Origin: an uncultured virus (IMG/VR IMGVR_UViG_3300002097_000869)
Taxonomy: Duplodnaviria > Heunggongvirae > Uroviricota > Caudoviricetes
Virus record (IMG/VR): IMGVR_UViG_3300002097_000869
Span: 113,011-133,010 of that record
Length of the DNA: 20,000 nucleotides
Reading direction: 5' to 3' (one strand)
Shown here: piece after piece, positions 1 through 8,241 of the stretch
How positions within the stretch are numbered: position 1 is the stretch's first letter
Layout of the letters: the number at the start of each line of letters is the position of its first letter
Notes under the pieces: model-generated
Told to the model about the DNA's origin: nothing
Databases searched by the model: none
What the model saw: the letters and a program-made list of their open reading frames with translations, nothing else
Made by a program: the position numbers and the translations under genes

Positions 1-328
1 CAACTTGTTCAGAGACCCATATTTTTTTATATTTATCTATTTTTCCCATTATTTTATTATAGGTTTTTGTGGTCACAAACCCTATAGTTTTAGTATTTTC
101 CATCCCTTCATTAGCAAGGTCTTCATTAATAGCTTGACCTATTTTTAATTTTATGTTTTCTAATACGCCTTCTACTTTTATATATGTAGTATCTCCCCCT
201 GATGGTCTATAATGTAATCGTGCTCTTTTAGAAAGTCTTATAAAATCATGCTCCAGTCTATTTCTTTCTGCTCGTAGATTCATTATTTCTGATGGTTTCA
301 AAAATAATTGCATTTTTGTTTCCCGCAT
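1..328 (-). CDS. Partial CDS (runs off the window start); N-terminus resembles the N-terminal domain of the COOH-NH2 ligase at 5258..6382, probable ligase paralogue
   Basis: Not in ORF track. ATG at 328 preceded by GGGAGA; manual translation is open to the edge: MRETKMQLFLKPSEIMNLRAERNRLEHDFIRLSKRARLHYRPSGGDTTYIKVEGVLENIKLKIGQAINEDLANEG...KKIWVSEQV. Segments align by eye with the ligase N-terminus (QAINEDLANEG vs PAIKEDIVSHG). Confidence 0.65.
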   Translation of the reverse strand, partial: MRETKMQLFLKPSEIMNLRAERNRLEHDFIRLSKRARLHYRPSGGDTTYIKVEGVLENIKLKIGQAINEDLANEGMENTKTIGFVTTKTYNKIMGKIDKYKKIWVSEQV

Positions 329-345
329 TATAAGTCTCCCAAAGA

Positions 346-2205
346 TTAGTTCATAGTTTTATTAGTTGGGGTCTTAAATACACTAAGATTCAATTCCTTA
401 GCGGCACTAATTTCGTCTATGTCAAGGACGTCTGCTAGTTTATTCTCGTCAATTTGTCCAGTCTCTGCAAACAAATTTTGCTTAGATAACAAAGCAGACA
501 AAACTAATCGTAGATTCCGCACCAATTTAGTTGCGGATTCCAACTTGATATTTAATGATATTCTGTCTTCCGTATTTTTGAAGAAGGTCTTTTCCATACT
601 GACTACTTTTATTTTGAGGTCTTCAACCTTCTTTTTCTCCTCAAGGGCTTCGTCTGCAGACACTGTTTCATATTCACTGGTGCCTTGTTCATAACCTGCA
701 CTATAACCATATGCGTATCCTTCGGGAAAGATCTTTTCATAGCAAGCAACCAAAATCTTTAAGGCCTCTGTTTCATCTTCAATATCTACTAACCAGGACT
801 TTAATAATTCTTTTACATCTACCTCGCCAATTTTCGCTATAGTAGCCTTACCTTCAGTTTCTATAGCAACACTATGTAAACACTCTAATCCAAAGGCTAT
901 TCGTTCATCCCAAGAATAGGAGCACGAAGGGTCGTCTTCCACTATTTCAGTTTCTATTTCTATATCCTCGTAAACATCCTCATTGTCTGCACATATACCA
1001 GGCAAAGTTATCTCTAACAAACTTCCTTCCTCGTCTTTAGACTTATCTTCTATTGTGTTATTTCCACTAGGATAGGATGCATTAGTTTCGCTAGGAAAGG
1101 AGGTACTAAATTTTTCTGTAGCAGCCCTGGTATCCTTAGTTGCATTAGTTTTTACTCCATTGTCATATTTTGTGATAGTCTGTGGGGTACCCCTAGCACA
1201 GCTGTATATTTTTTCTACTTTTATTAGATCCTCTGGTATTGTTTTGGAGTTTACTTCTGTATCCAAATCCAGTATGAAGACTCCTGATTCTATAGAGGAG
1301 GGACTGCTTACTGTCTTACCATACCAAGTCTTACTAAGGTAGGGAAAGACCTCCCCCACATTTCCTAGTTCTATTTTGGTACCCTCTTTAGTATTTACTA
1401 TCATGCTAGTCTTGTATTCTCTATTACGCCAGCGGTCATAATTTTCCATGGCTGCTACTAAGTATTTTCTTTCCGATACCATAACCAAGCAACCTAATTC
1501 AGGGATATAGGCACCCTCCATGGGTTTTTGACCCTCCCTCAGGCAACCTACTTTGGATGGGTTCCCTGTTGTATAGGACATTACGGCAAATTCCCCAATA
1601 AGTTCGTTGTGTGTAGTTTTTAAGTTTTCTATTGTAAAGTTGTTTTTATATTCTGCTATGAGTTGGAAAATAATTTCACTATCTACTTTTCCTATTCTTT
1701 CGATTCCATGTTTTGCAAATAAGGCATCATCATTGGATATACTACCGTTATGAACACCGACTATGGTATCTTGGGTTAATCTTTTGTTTTCTTTATCTAG
1801 ATTTTTTGAAGTAATTATTACTGGGTGGTTGTTATGCGGATTATGTGGGTCCCCCTTCGTACTTTTTCTTACGTGTCCGAGGATTTGCTTTATTCTTTTC
1901 TCCCCAATTTTTCTAAACCACATATCCATAAACCAAGAAAAATTAGTTTCTTTATCCGTCGGATTTATATACTCGTCTCCCCAGCTACTAGGATCTCTAG
2001 CAAAGAAAGAGGAGGCTACTGGTTGTTTTACTATCAATGTTTTCTTATCTTCCCATAACAAAGCTACCCCAGTAGCGTCTGCTCCACGAGGTTCCATTGC
2101 TACCAAGGTTTCCAATAGTAGAAATCTTTGTATCAAGACCTCTACAATTGGGTCTATAGATTTTTCCGTATTGTTATATGAAAAAAGACCAAATATTCCG
2201 CACAT
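346..2205 (-). CDS. Class II glutamine amidotransferase (Ntn hydrolase) with long acidic/coiled-coil C-terminal extension
   Basis: N-terminal MCGIFG (catalytic Cys2), RGADATG, GHVRKSTKG..NNHP, HNGSISN, VDSE, VSE motifs; SD AGGAG upstream. No SIS/synthase domain recognised, so not GlmS. Confidence 0.9.
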   Translation of the reverse strand: MCGIFGLFSYNNTEKSIDPIVEVLIQRFLLLETLVAMEPRGADATGVALLWEDKKTLIVKQPVASSFFARDPSSWGDEYINPTDKETNFSWFMDMWFRKIGEKRIKQILGHVRKSTKGDPHNPHNNHPVIITSKNLDKENKRLTQDTIVGVHNGSISNDDALFAKHGIERIGKVDSEIIFQLIAEYKNNFTIENLKTTHNELIGEFAVMSYTTGNPSKVGCLREGQKPMEGAYIPELGCLVMVSERKYLVAAMENYDRWRNREYKTSMIVNTKEGTKIELGNVGEVFPYLSKTWYGKTVSSPSSIESGVFILDLDTEVNSKTIPEDLIKVEKIYSCARGTPQTITKYDNGVKTNATKDTRAATEKFSTSFPSETNASYPSGNNTIEDKSKDEEGSLLEITLPGICADNEDVYEDIEIETEIVEDDPSCSYSWDERIAFGLECLHSVAIETEGKATIAKIGEVDVKELLKSWLVDIEDETEALKILVACYEKIFPEGYAYGYSAGYEQGTSEYETVSADEALEEKKKVEDLKIKVVSMEKTFFKNTEDRISLNIKLESATKLVRNLRLVLSALLSKQNLFAETGQIDENKLADVLDIDEISAAKELNLSVFKTPTNKTMN

Positions 2206-2220
2206 GTACGAGGGACTCCT

Positions 2221-2895
2221 TTATCCGAGGTCCAAGGGGATTTCTGTAGAATATTCTGGGCAAAAAGATTCGACCCAAAAAAATTCTTTTAATCCGTGGT
2301 TTGTAAATATGATATCACCTAGAGAAAGGGAAGTTGAATTTTTACGGTATAGTTTAGCCCATATGCCTTCGCATTTTTGCCATTCTTCACAAAGTACGTC
2401 CTCTGTTCTGGATAGAGATAACAAAATATTAATTGGATCCTTTACAGAATTAAGCCCCTCTTTGTCCCAAAAAAGTACGTAGGTATTTCTATACTTTTTT
2501 CTTAGAGTCGGCAGTATCATTTTTTTTATTTTTGCAAGGTCTTTCACTATCGTGTAGTCTTTATATAGGGGTAAAATAGCCTCTATGTCGGTGTATTCTA
2601 CTAGATAACATGTAAACTTTTTGTAGCTGACCTTTTGTAATTCTTCAGTCTTAATTGTCTGGTATACGTATTTATTGTGGGGAACTTTAGTGGCAATAGG
2701 TAAAGAATGAGGAAAGAATACCAATGTTTCAGATTGTTTTTTATAGTCCGTAGTAAAACCCAAAGGTGAAGCTATACAGGAGTTAGTCAGTGCACTATTA
2801 TCATAGACAGCAATTATATCTATATTATTAAACGGAAATGGGTATGGATATATTAGTTTGGTCCCTAATTTTAGATTTGGCAGTAGGGAAGGCAT
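2221..2895 (-). CDS. Hypothetical protein, possibly a degenerate gamma-glutamylcyclotransferase (GGCT/AIG2)-fold protein
   Basis: 224-aa ORF overlapping the upstream stop; IIAVYDNS loosely resembles GGCT hhhYGS/T, FTCYLVEYTDIEAILPLY resembles V.G.lye....l..LD; position within a ligase/GATase cluster. ORF well supported, family weak. Confidence 0.4.
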   Translation of the reverse strand: MPSLLPNLKLGTKLIYPYPFPFNNIDIIAVYDNSALTNSCIASPLGFTTDYKKQSETLVFFPHSLPIATKVPHNKYVYQTIKTEELQKVSYKKFTCYLVEYTDIEAILPLYKDYTIVKDLAKIKKMILPTLRKKYRNTYVLFWDKEGLNSVKDPINILLSLSRTEDVLCEEWQKCEGIWAKLYRKNSTSLSLGDIIFTNHGLKEFFWVESFCPEYSTEIPLDLG

Positions 2896-3737
2896 TTTTC
2901 AACCCAATCGGATGAATAGCCTTTGGTAGTCATAGGCTCAAGAATAAGGGCCTCATTTTTCTTTAGGAGGATTTCTTGAGCATCTAAGAATATATGCCCC
3001 GCTTTATTAGTGTCTATGCCTATAATAGTGTCATTTAATAGTTGTTCATTGTTTGATATGAAGACTAAGTCCTGCCATTTCTTTGTTTTTATTGTCAGAT
3101 TATCCGATTTTTTTGCGATAAATAGTCTAATTGTGTCTGTAGCAAACACTATATAAAAATAGTTACCATGACATATAGAGGCAGCCTTCTTAAAGGCTTC
3201 TTTTATAGGTGCTCCTTCTACAATGAACTTTCCTGTCAAAGCGAGAACCAAATCAACTTTGCTGGGTAATGTTTGTAGGTTTATACGATATTGCTTGGCT
3301 ATTTTTTCTACGGATTTAATATTACCCATGCCAAACCCTATCATATTACCCATTTTTATAGGGGCTGTTTCTTTGTGGGTTTCTTTTGTTAGTATTCCGG
3401 CTATCAATGCAGTTGGGTTAATTATATCATTGTTTATTATATTTAAGAACTTGAGGTTATCTACTAGTTTTCCTTTAGAAAGAATTTCTTTTATAGTAAT
3501 TAGTCCTGTTTTGTATGGTCTGACAGAGTTGGCATTTTGAAAGATGGAATTAGTACTATGGAGAGTAGAATTAAATACAGATAAGGAGCATAGTGGATTT
3601 TCCATGCCAAGTAAAGCAATGTTAAAGAAGGTTTTTATCACAGTTTGCTTATCAGTAGCTGGGGAAGATTGAACAGCATGGGTATATTCTTTGGGCTTAG
3701 ACAAACAAATGAGTAGGGTGGTGTTATGGTCGTACAT
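2871..3737 (-). CDS. Degenerate (likely inactive) class II GATase/Ntn-fold protein
   Basis: C-terminal half follows the GlmS-type GATase pattern (IGFGMGNIKS ~ HNG.I.N; SKVDLVLAL ~ TDSEvi.l; EAFKKAASICHGNYFYIV; RLFIAKKSDNL ~ l..aR...PL; VFISNNEQLL ~ faSe..l) but lacks Cys2, HNG and DSE residues. Confidence 0.55.
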   Translation of the reverse strand: MYDHNTTLLICLSKPKEYTHAVQSSPATDKQTVIKTFFNIALLGMENPLCSLSVFNSTLHSTNSIFQNANSVRPYKTGLITIKEILSKGKLVDNLKFLNIINNDIINPTALIAGILTKETHKETAPIKMGNMIGFGMGNIKSVEKIAKQYRINLQTLPSKVDLVLALTGKFIVEGAPIKEAFKKAASICHGNYFYIVFATDTIRLFIAKKSDNLTIKTKKWQDLVFISNNEQLLNDTIIGIDTNKAGHIFLDAQEILLKKNEALILEPMTTKGYSSDWVEKCLPYCQI

Positions 3738-5328
3738 ATGTACCTGACTCTTTATCCCAAATTACGCCGTTGGTTGTTTGTAAATATAAAATCCCAAGTT
3801 TTACTTGTTCTGTTTTAGCTCCTATAATTTCACTAACAGTGCTTATCCACTCTAGTTCGTTAGAACACTCATCAATAAGGGCGGTATCTATTGTTTCTGA
3901 GATTTTATCAAGAACTATCTTACTTATTTTGTTTTTGTTCTTCACTAAATCTTTTTCTATCTTGTCCCAAGAGTCGCCTTCACTTAACCTATACGAACAA
4001 GGTCGCTCGGCTAATTCTAGTAGTATGTTAAAGGAATTTCCGTGTCCTCTAAGTTCCGGCTTTAATAGATTAACCATCTCTTTTGCTTGTAATCTAACCT
4101 TTTCCACGTAGGGTTCAAAGTTCTTGGTATTACTATGTCTAGGTCCCCCATAGTCTCCATAATTGTTTAAAAGTTTTTCTTGTATTTCACTTGCCTCATC
4201 CATATAGTCTGTATCGCCACTATGTAAAATACCATAGGTACTGAAAGACACGGCCTTTATAAGTAGCGAATATACAAGGAGGGATATTGCTGTTATAGCG
4301 GAAGGGGACAGCAGGCCATCACAGAAGCGGGCTTCTAGGTGTAGTTTTTCTATAGCTTCTTTGGAATCAAATTCTATATTGGAGTAGTTTATAAAAGAAT
4401 ATCTGCCCTTGGTGCCATCTGACTCGCTTATTTCTTTTATAATAGATTTCATATTTCTACGTAGAGCGGAAAACTTTAGTATTGTGTGTCTGAATTTTGC
4501 CCATCTAGTAAGAGTATCCTTGGAAGTACCCGCAGAGGAGATCCAAACTAGGGCATTATGGTAACGTCTGATAAGTTGGTGAAAGTTTGTCAATATAATT
4601 TCCGGCATAGCTCTTTCGAGTTCTATTATATTATGTTTATTATTGACTCCCTTTTTGTATATTGGTATCACTTCCCCCCTATCGTTGAAACCAATATTAT
4701 AGTATCCTGATAAAAGATGTATGTGGGTGCTAGCTCTTTCATCTACGTAAGCACCCTTAGCTATACATTTGTCTATAATATTCTTTGTTTGTTCTAATAA
4801 CATATCGTAGCTTACTCTCCTACCCACCGTTGTAACTTCAACGCCTCCGTCTCCCTTTAAGCTGCCATCTTTTACGATTTGGAATACTCCGTTATCGCCA
4901 ATCTTAAGAAGGTTTTCCGATGGAGTCAGTTCCTTAACAAGCTTAGCTCGTACATGGGAGGGATTTTTATTCTCGTCCAGAAAGAGGGCACATTTGGTAC
5001 AGTCCCTTATGGCATCCTTGCATGTAAAGCAAGGAGAGTAAAATTCCACGCAGTATATTCCTGGGCATTCATATTTTTGTCTTAGAGTACAATGCTTATA
5101 GGAAGCACATTTGGTGAAACACTTGGAGTTTTCTTTTTGGGGATGAGAGCACGGGCATAGAAAGCTCTTACCATTACAGTTGCCTGTTTTTTCTAGCAGG
5201 TTTAGTTCGTGTTCGAGCCCTATTTTTAGAGTAGCTTCCAATATTCTTTTCCAATAATTAGCTTCCTCCGATAGCAAACAGGGCCTGTTCTTTTTCTTTG
5301 TGAATACTAACTTCTGATTTTGTTTCAT
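3724..5328 (-). CDS. Putative amidoligase (glutamine-synthetase/COOH-NH2 ligase fold, Amidoligase_2-like) with Cys-rich insertion
   Basis: Motifs IGLEHE, KDGSL..GVEVTT, VDERASTHIHL, RYSFINY, LEARFCDG in the expected order; 12 Cys in residues 51-113. Confidence 0.85.
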   Translation of the reverse strand: MKQNQKLVFTKKKNRPCLLSEEANYWKRILEATLKIGLEHELNLLEKTGNCNGKSFLCPCSHPQKENSKCFTKCASYKHCTLRQKYECPGIYCVEFYSPCFTCKDAIRDCTKCALFLDENKNPSHVRAKLVKELTPSENLLKIGDNGVFQIVKDGSLKGDGGVEVTTVGRRVSYDMLLEQTKNIIDKCIAKGAYVDERASTHIHLLSGYYNIGFNDRGEVIPIYKKGVNNKHNIIELERAMPEIILTNFHQLIRRYHNALVWISSAGTSKDTLTRWAKFRHTILKFSALRRNMKSIIKEISESDGTKGRYSFINYSNIEFDSKEAIEKLHLEARFCDGLLSPSAITAISLLVYSLLIKAVSFSTYGILHSGDTDYMDEASEIQEKLLNNYGDYGGPRHSNTKNFEPYVEKVRLQAKEMVNLLKPELRGHGNSFNILLELAERPCSYRLSEGDSWDKIEKDLVKNKNKISKIVLDKISETIDTALIDECSNELEWISTVSEIIGAKTEQVKLGILYLQTTNGVIWDKESGTYVRP

Positions 5329-6382
5329 GTTTCAACCATTTAAGTATGAGTGGTGCCTCGTGCTCCTCGGGTTTATAACTTATGTTTTGCATATATTCAC
5401 CAGCTAGGTTGCCAATATTTTCTTCTATTTTTTTCATTTCTTCTTTCATCTTATTCTTATTTCTACTGTAGTACATATCTTGTACTTTAGTTGTATCTGG
5501 TAATTTATATAGTTTAGCTATGTAATCTTTGTCAGATATTTTTTCTGTTCTTTTCCAAGCAAGGCTTTCTTTATAAACTGTGTTTAGGATGTTTTCCATA
5601 AGGACAAAAGAAGTTGTTAGTAGGCTTAGTGCAAGTCGTGGGGACTTCAAATAATATCCCCCTGGGGTTCTATACTCCAAAGTTCTTCTACTTAAGCGGT
5701 AGTCTCCTAACTTGCCATAATCTTTTGACAATCTTCTACTATCATTGCTATCTATAAAAGCACTTGGAATACCAATATAGTAATCTAATATGGACACCAT
5801 ATTCTTTATTATTTTATCAGTGTTATTTGGGGCAAATAGAAGAAGGTCTTCAGGAAGACCAAGGTGAACGTGAAAACCACATACACGATTATACAGACAA
5901 GACCCCGCAATGGGAAACAAGCCTTTCGGTAGTGTAGTATAAATTTTTAATACTTGGTTTTTTAGATTTTCCAGGTGCTGCTCCGGAGATAAAGCAAAAT
6001 CTGGACGTAATTCCCCTAATTCGCCATCACACCCTATTTGGCTGTCGAATGGAAGGACGGAAGAGGCATCTACTAATGTTCCTTTACGATTTACAATAAA
6101 GAATTCAGGGTCGGACCCTATTGTTAGATCGTGCTTCTCTATATATATGTTTTTTCCTGGATTGTATATTATAGGGGATAATACGTTGACAAATATATTC
6201 TTATTCCCGTGAGAGACAATATCTTCTTTTATAGCAGGGCAAACTAATAAACTAAATTTTCCAACCGCGGTATCAAATATTAACCAATCACCATGGTCGA
6301 TACCATAAGATAGCATTATTTCTCTTGGTACTCTAACCTGGTGCATTGCGCATGAAGTAGACGGAACAGCAGTAAGAAACAT
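5258..6382 (-). CDS. Phage phiEco32-like COOH-NH2 ligase type 2 with ~85-aa N-terminal domain
   Basis: Motifs TIGSDPEF, IGCDG..GELRP, CGFHVHLG, RR..YGKLGDYR, LEYRTPG; SD AAGAGGT upstream of ATG 6382. Confidence 0.9.
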   Translation of the reverse strand: MFLTAVPSTSCAMHQVRVPREIMLSYGIDHGDWLIFDTAVGKFSLLVCPAIKEDIVSHGNKNIFVNVLSPIIYNPGKNIYIEKHDLTIGSDPEFFIVNRKGTLVDASSVLPFDSQIGCDGELGELRPDFALSPEQHLENLKNQVLKIYTTLPKGLFPIAGSCLYNRVCGFHVHLGLPEDLLLFAPNNTDKIIKNMVSILDYYIGIPSAFIDSNDSRRLSKDYGKLGDYRLSRRTLEYRTPGGYYLKSPRLALSLLTTSFVLMENILNTVYKESLAWKRTEKISDKDYIAKLYKLPDTTKVQDMYYSRNKNKMKEEMKKIEENIGNLAGEYMQNISYKPEEHEAPLILKWLKHETKSEVSIHKEKEQALFAIGGS

Positions 6383-6399
6383 GCACCACCTCTTATGAA

Positions 6400-7767
6400 T
6401 TAATGATAACGAATTAACATATTTTTCTGTTCGTAAGCAGCTTTCCTTTTCCAGAATTGATTTTTAAACATTTTTATATTGTCTACATAATCGTAGACAA
6501 TAGCATTTTCTTTTCCTTCCAACGGTCTCTCAATCCTGCCAGTTGACTGAACTATTAGGCTAGAACTCTTTAGGGGGGCGGCGAGAAATAAGCGACTTGA
6601 AGGTTTATAATTAAAACCCTCAGCTAGAAGGCCATAGGTTACTATAAGTATTTTTGTTTCTCCAGAGAGAAACCCTTCTATCTGTTTATCCCTAATCTTA
6701 TTTGTCTGTTTGGAATGCGGAGAAGCAACAGTTATCCCCAAACTATTAAAGATATCTGTTAGAATATCTATATGTTTAGTGGTAACAGTTAATACCATAC
6801 AGGTATTTTCTAGACCATACTCATATAGTATATCTGATACTATGAGATTGTTTCTTCTTTCATTAGTAGAAATATATTCTATTAGATCTGCATAGTTGGC
6901 TCCCCATAACTTCTTCGTAGCGGTAATTTCAGTATAGTGTACTAAGACAGAAGAATTTATTATTCTATTTGCATCTACTGCATCCTTATGCTTTATTGTT
7001 GTTACTACTGGTCCTATGTAATTAAACATCAAAGGATCTAATCCATCTTCTCTATACGGGGTAGCTGTAATTCCATATAAAAATCTAGGAGAAAATCCAC
7101 AGATAACCTTTAAGAAAGTAGAGGAAGGAACATGTTGGCATTCATCAACAAGTATTAATCCAAAAGAATATTTAAGTTCTTTTATTAGTTCTTTGTTACG
7201 AACTAGTGTGGGAACCATACCTATAGTAAGTATATCCCCAAGTGCCTTCTTACTCTCTCCTATAATTCCTATTTTTCCTACTTCTATAAATTTCTCTATC
7301 TCTTTCTTAACTTGTTTAACAAGGGGCCCCCTATGAGTTAGCCATAGTGTGGGTAACCCTAGTCTGGCTATGACTTCCAAAGCCATTACAGTTTTTCCAC
7401 TTCCTGCGGGGGCTATGCCAATACCCTGTCGGTGGGAAACTAAACTCTCAACCCAGGGTATTTGTATAGGTTCCAACTTTATGTTATTATTTATTAATCT
7501 TTTACTGAAATTGGCGGTAGTGTCTTCTATAACATTTATACTATTAGTTATTTCTGTAGCCCTATAGAGATAGCCTCTAGGAACTATTATGCCTTCGGTT
7601 ATTTCTGAATATTGTTTTATGAATTTTGGTATACCGAAGGTTCGTCTGCCAAATTGTATAGCAGATTTCCACGCAGGATTCGGGAAGGTTAGGTCTTTTC
7701 TAAATTGGTCTAGTTCAGTTTTTGATATGTTTGTTATAGTTAAGTCTTTGTCAATTTTGACATCCAT
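6400..7767 (-). CDS. Superfamily 2 DExH helicase (UvsW/XPB/ResIII-like)
   Basis: Walker A APAGSGKT, DECQH, motif III TATP, motif V LAEGFN, motif VI QSTGRIER; ATG at 7767 (TTG at 7770 also possible). Confidence 0.93.
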   Translation of the reverse strand: MDVKIDKDLTITNISKTELDQFRKDLTFPNPAWKSAIQFGRRTFGIPKFIKQYSEITEGIIVPRGYLYRATEITNSINVIEDTTANFSKRLINNNIKLEPIQIPWVESLVSHRQGIGIAPAGSGKTVMALEVIARLGLPTLWLTHRGPLVKQVKKEIEKFIEVGKIGIIGESKKALGDILTIGMVPTLVRNKELIKELKYSFGLILVDECQHVPSSTFLKVICGFSPRFLYGITATPYREDGLDPLMFNYIGPVVTTIKHKDAVDANRIINSSVLVHYTEITATKKLWGANYADLIEYISTNERRNNLIVSDILYEYGLENTCMVLTVTTKHIDILTDIFNSLGITVASPHSKQTNKIRDKQIEGFLSGETKILIVTYGLLAEGFNYKPSSRLFLAAPLKSSSLIVQSTGRIERPLEGKENAIVYDYVDNIKMFKNQFWKRKAAYEQKNMLIRYH

Positions 7768-8024
7768 CAAATCTTCAACGCGAGTACCCCGAGCTTTAGC
7801 TCTGGGGAGGAAGCGCTCCTCCTTGTTGTATTAGTAAAGTTTTACGACCTTTTAACCAAACAGTAGTCATGGCTTTAGGTCACTTATGATTCGTAATTAG
7901 CTGGTTTGTTATCCCCAGTCTTCCTAGATTTTACTTGAGTAATGCTTTGGCTTTCCTTTTTTGGAATTATTTCCTAGTAAGCAAGGACTTGAAAGCCCCC
8001 GTTTTTAGGCGGGGGGTTATTTAT
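7768..8024 (-). mobile_element. Non-autonomous IS200/IS605-family miniature element with IscB-type ends (no transposase or nuclease)
   Basis: Only long non-coding gap in the region, bounded by two GC-rich hairpins with TAAA-containing loops: ATAAATAACCCCCCGCCTAAAAACGGGGGCTT (8024-7993) and TTCCTCCCCAGAGCTAAAGCTCGGGGTACTCGCG (7812-7779); these resemble the 5' (GTCAAxxACCCC...GGGGCTT) and 3' (TTCCTCCC...AAA...GGGGT) ends I recall for IscB elements. Confidence 0.6.
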
Positions 8025-8031
8025 AGTCCTC

Positions 8032-8241
8032 TTACAAGGTCGTAGAACCCATCTCTTTAGGGGTGGGATATAAGGCCTTTTGATAGTCCTCACTTTCTTT
8101 TTTTACTATATTTGTAACTTCTACTTCGTATCCTCCTTCTTCTAAGTTTTTTCTATGTCTGTCTCTAAGTTTCATAAATTCATAGTATTCTTTCATGGAT
8201 TCAAATGTTCTTCCTGGAAATAGGGGAACAGTGAAAGCCAC
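8032..8241 (-). CDS. Hypothetical protein (69 aa)
   Basis: GTG start overlaps ssb stop (TAGTG); co-oriented, protein-like composition. Confidence 0.65.
   Translation of the reverse strand: MAFTVPLFPGRTFESMKEYYEFMKLRDRHRKNLEEGGYEVEVTNIVKKESEDYQKALYPTPKEMGSTTL

Noticed and set aside
346..2205. Calling the GATase glmS, purF or asnB
   Set aside because: No SIS, PRTase or asparagine synthase domain recognised after the Ntn domain.
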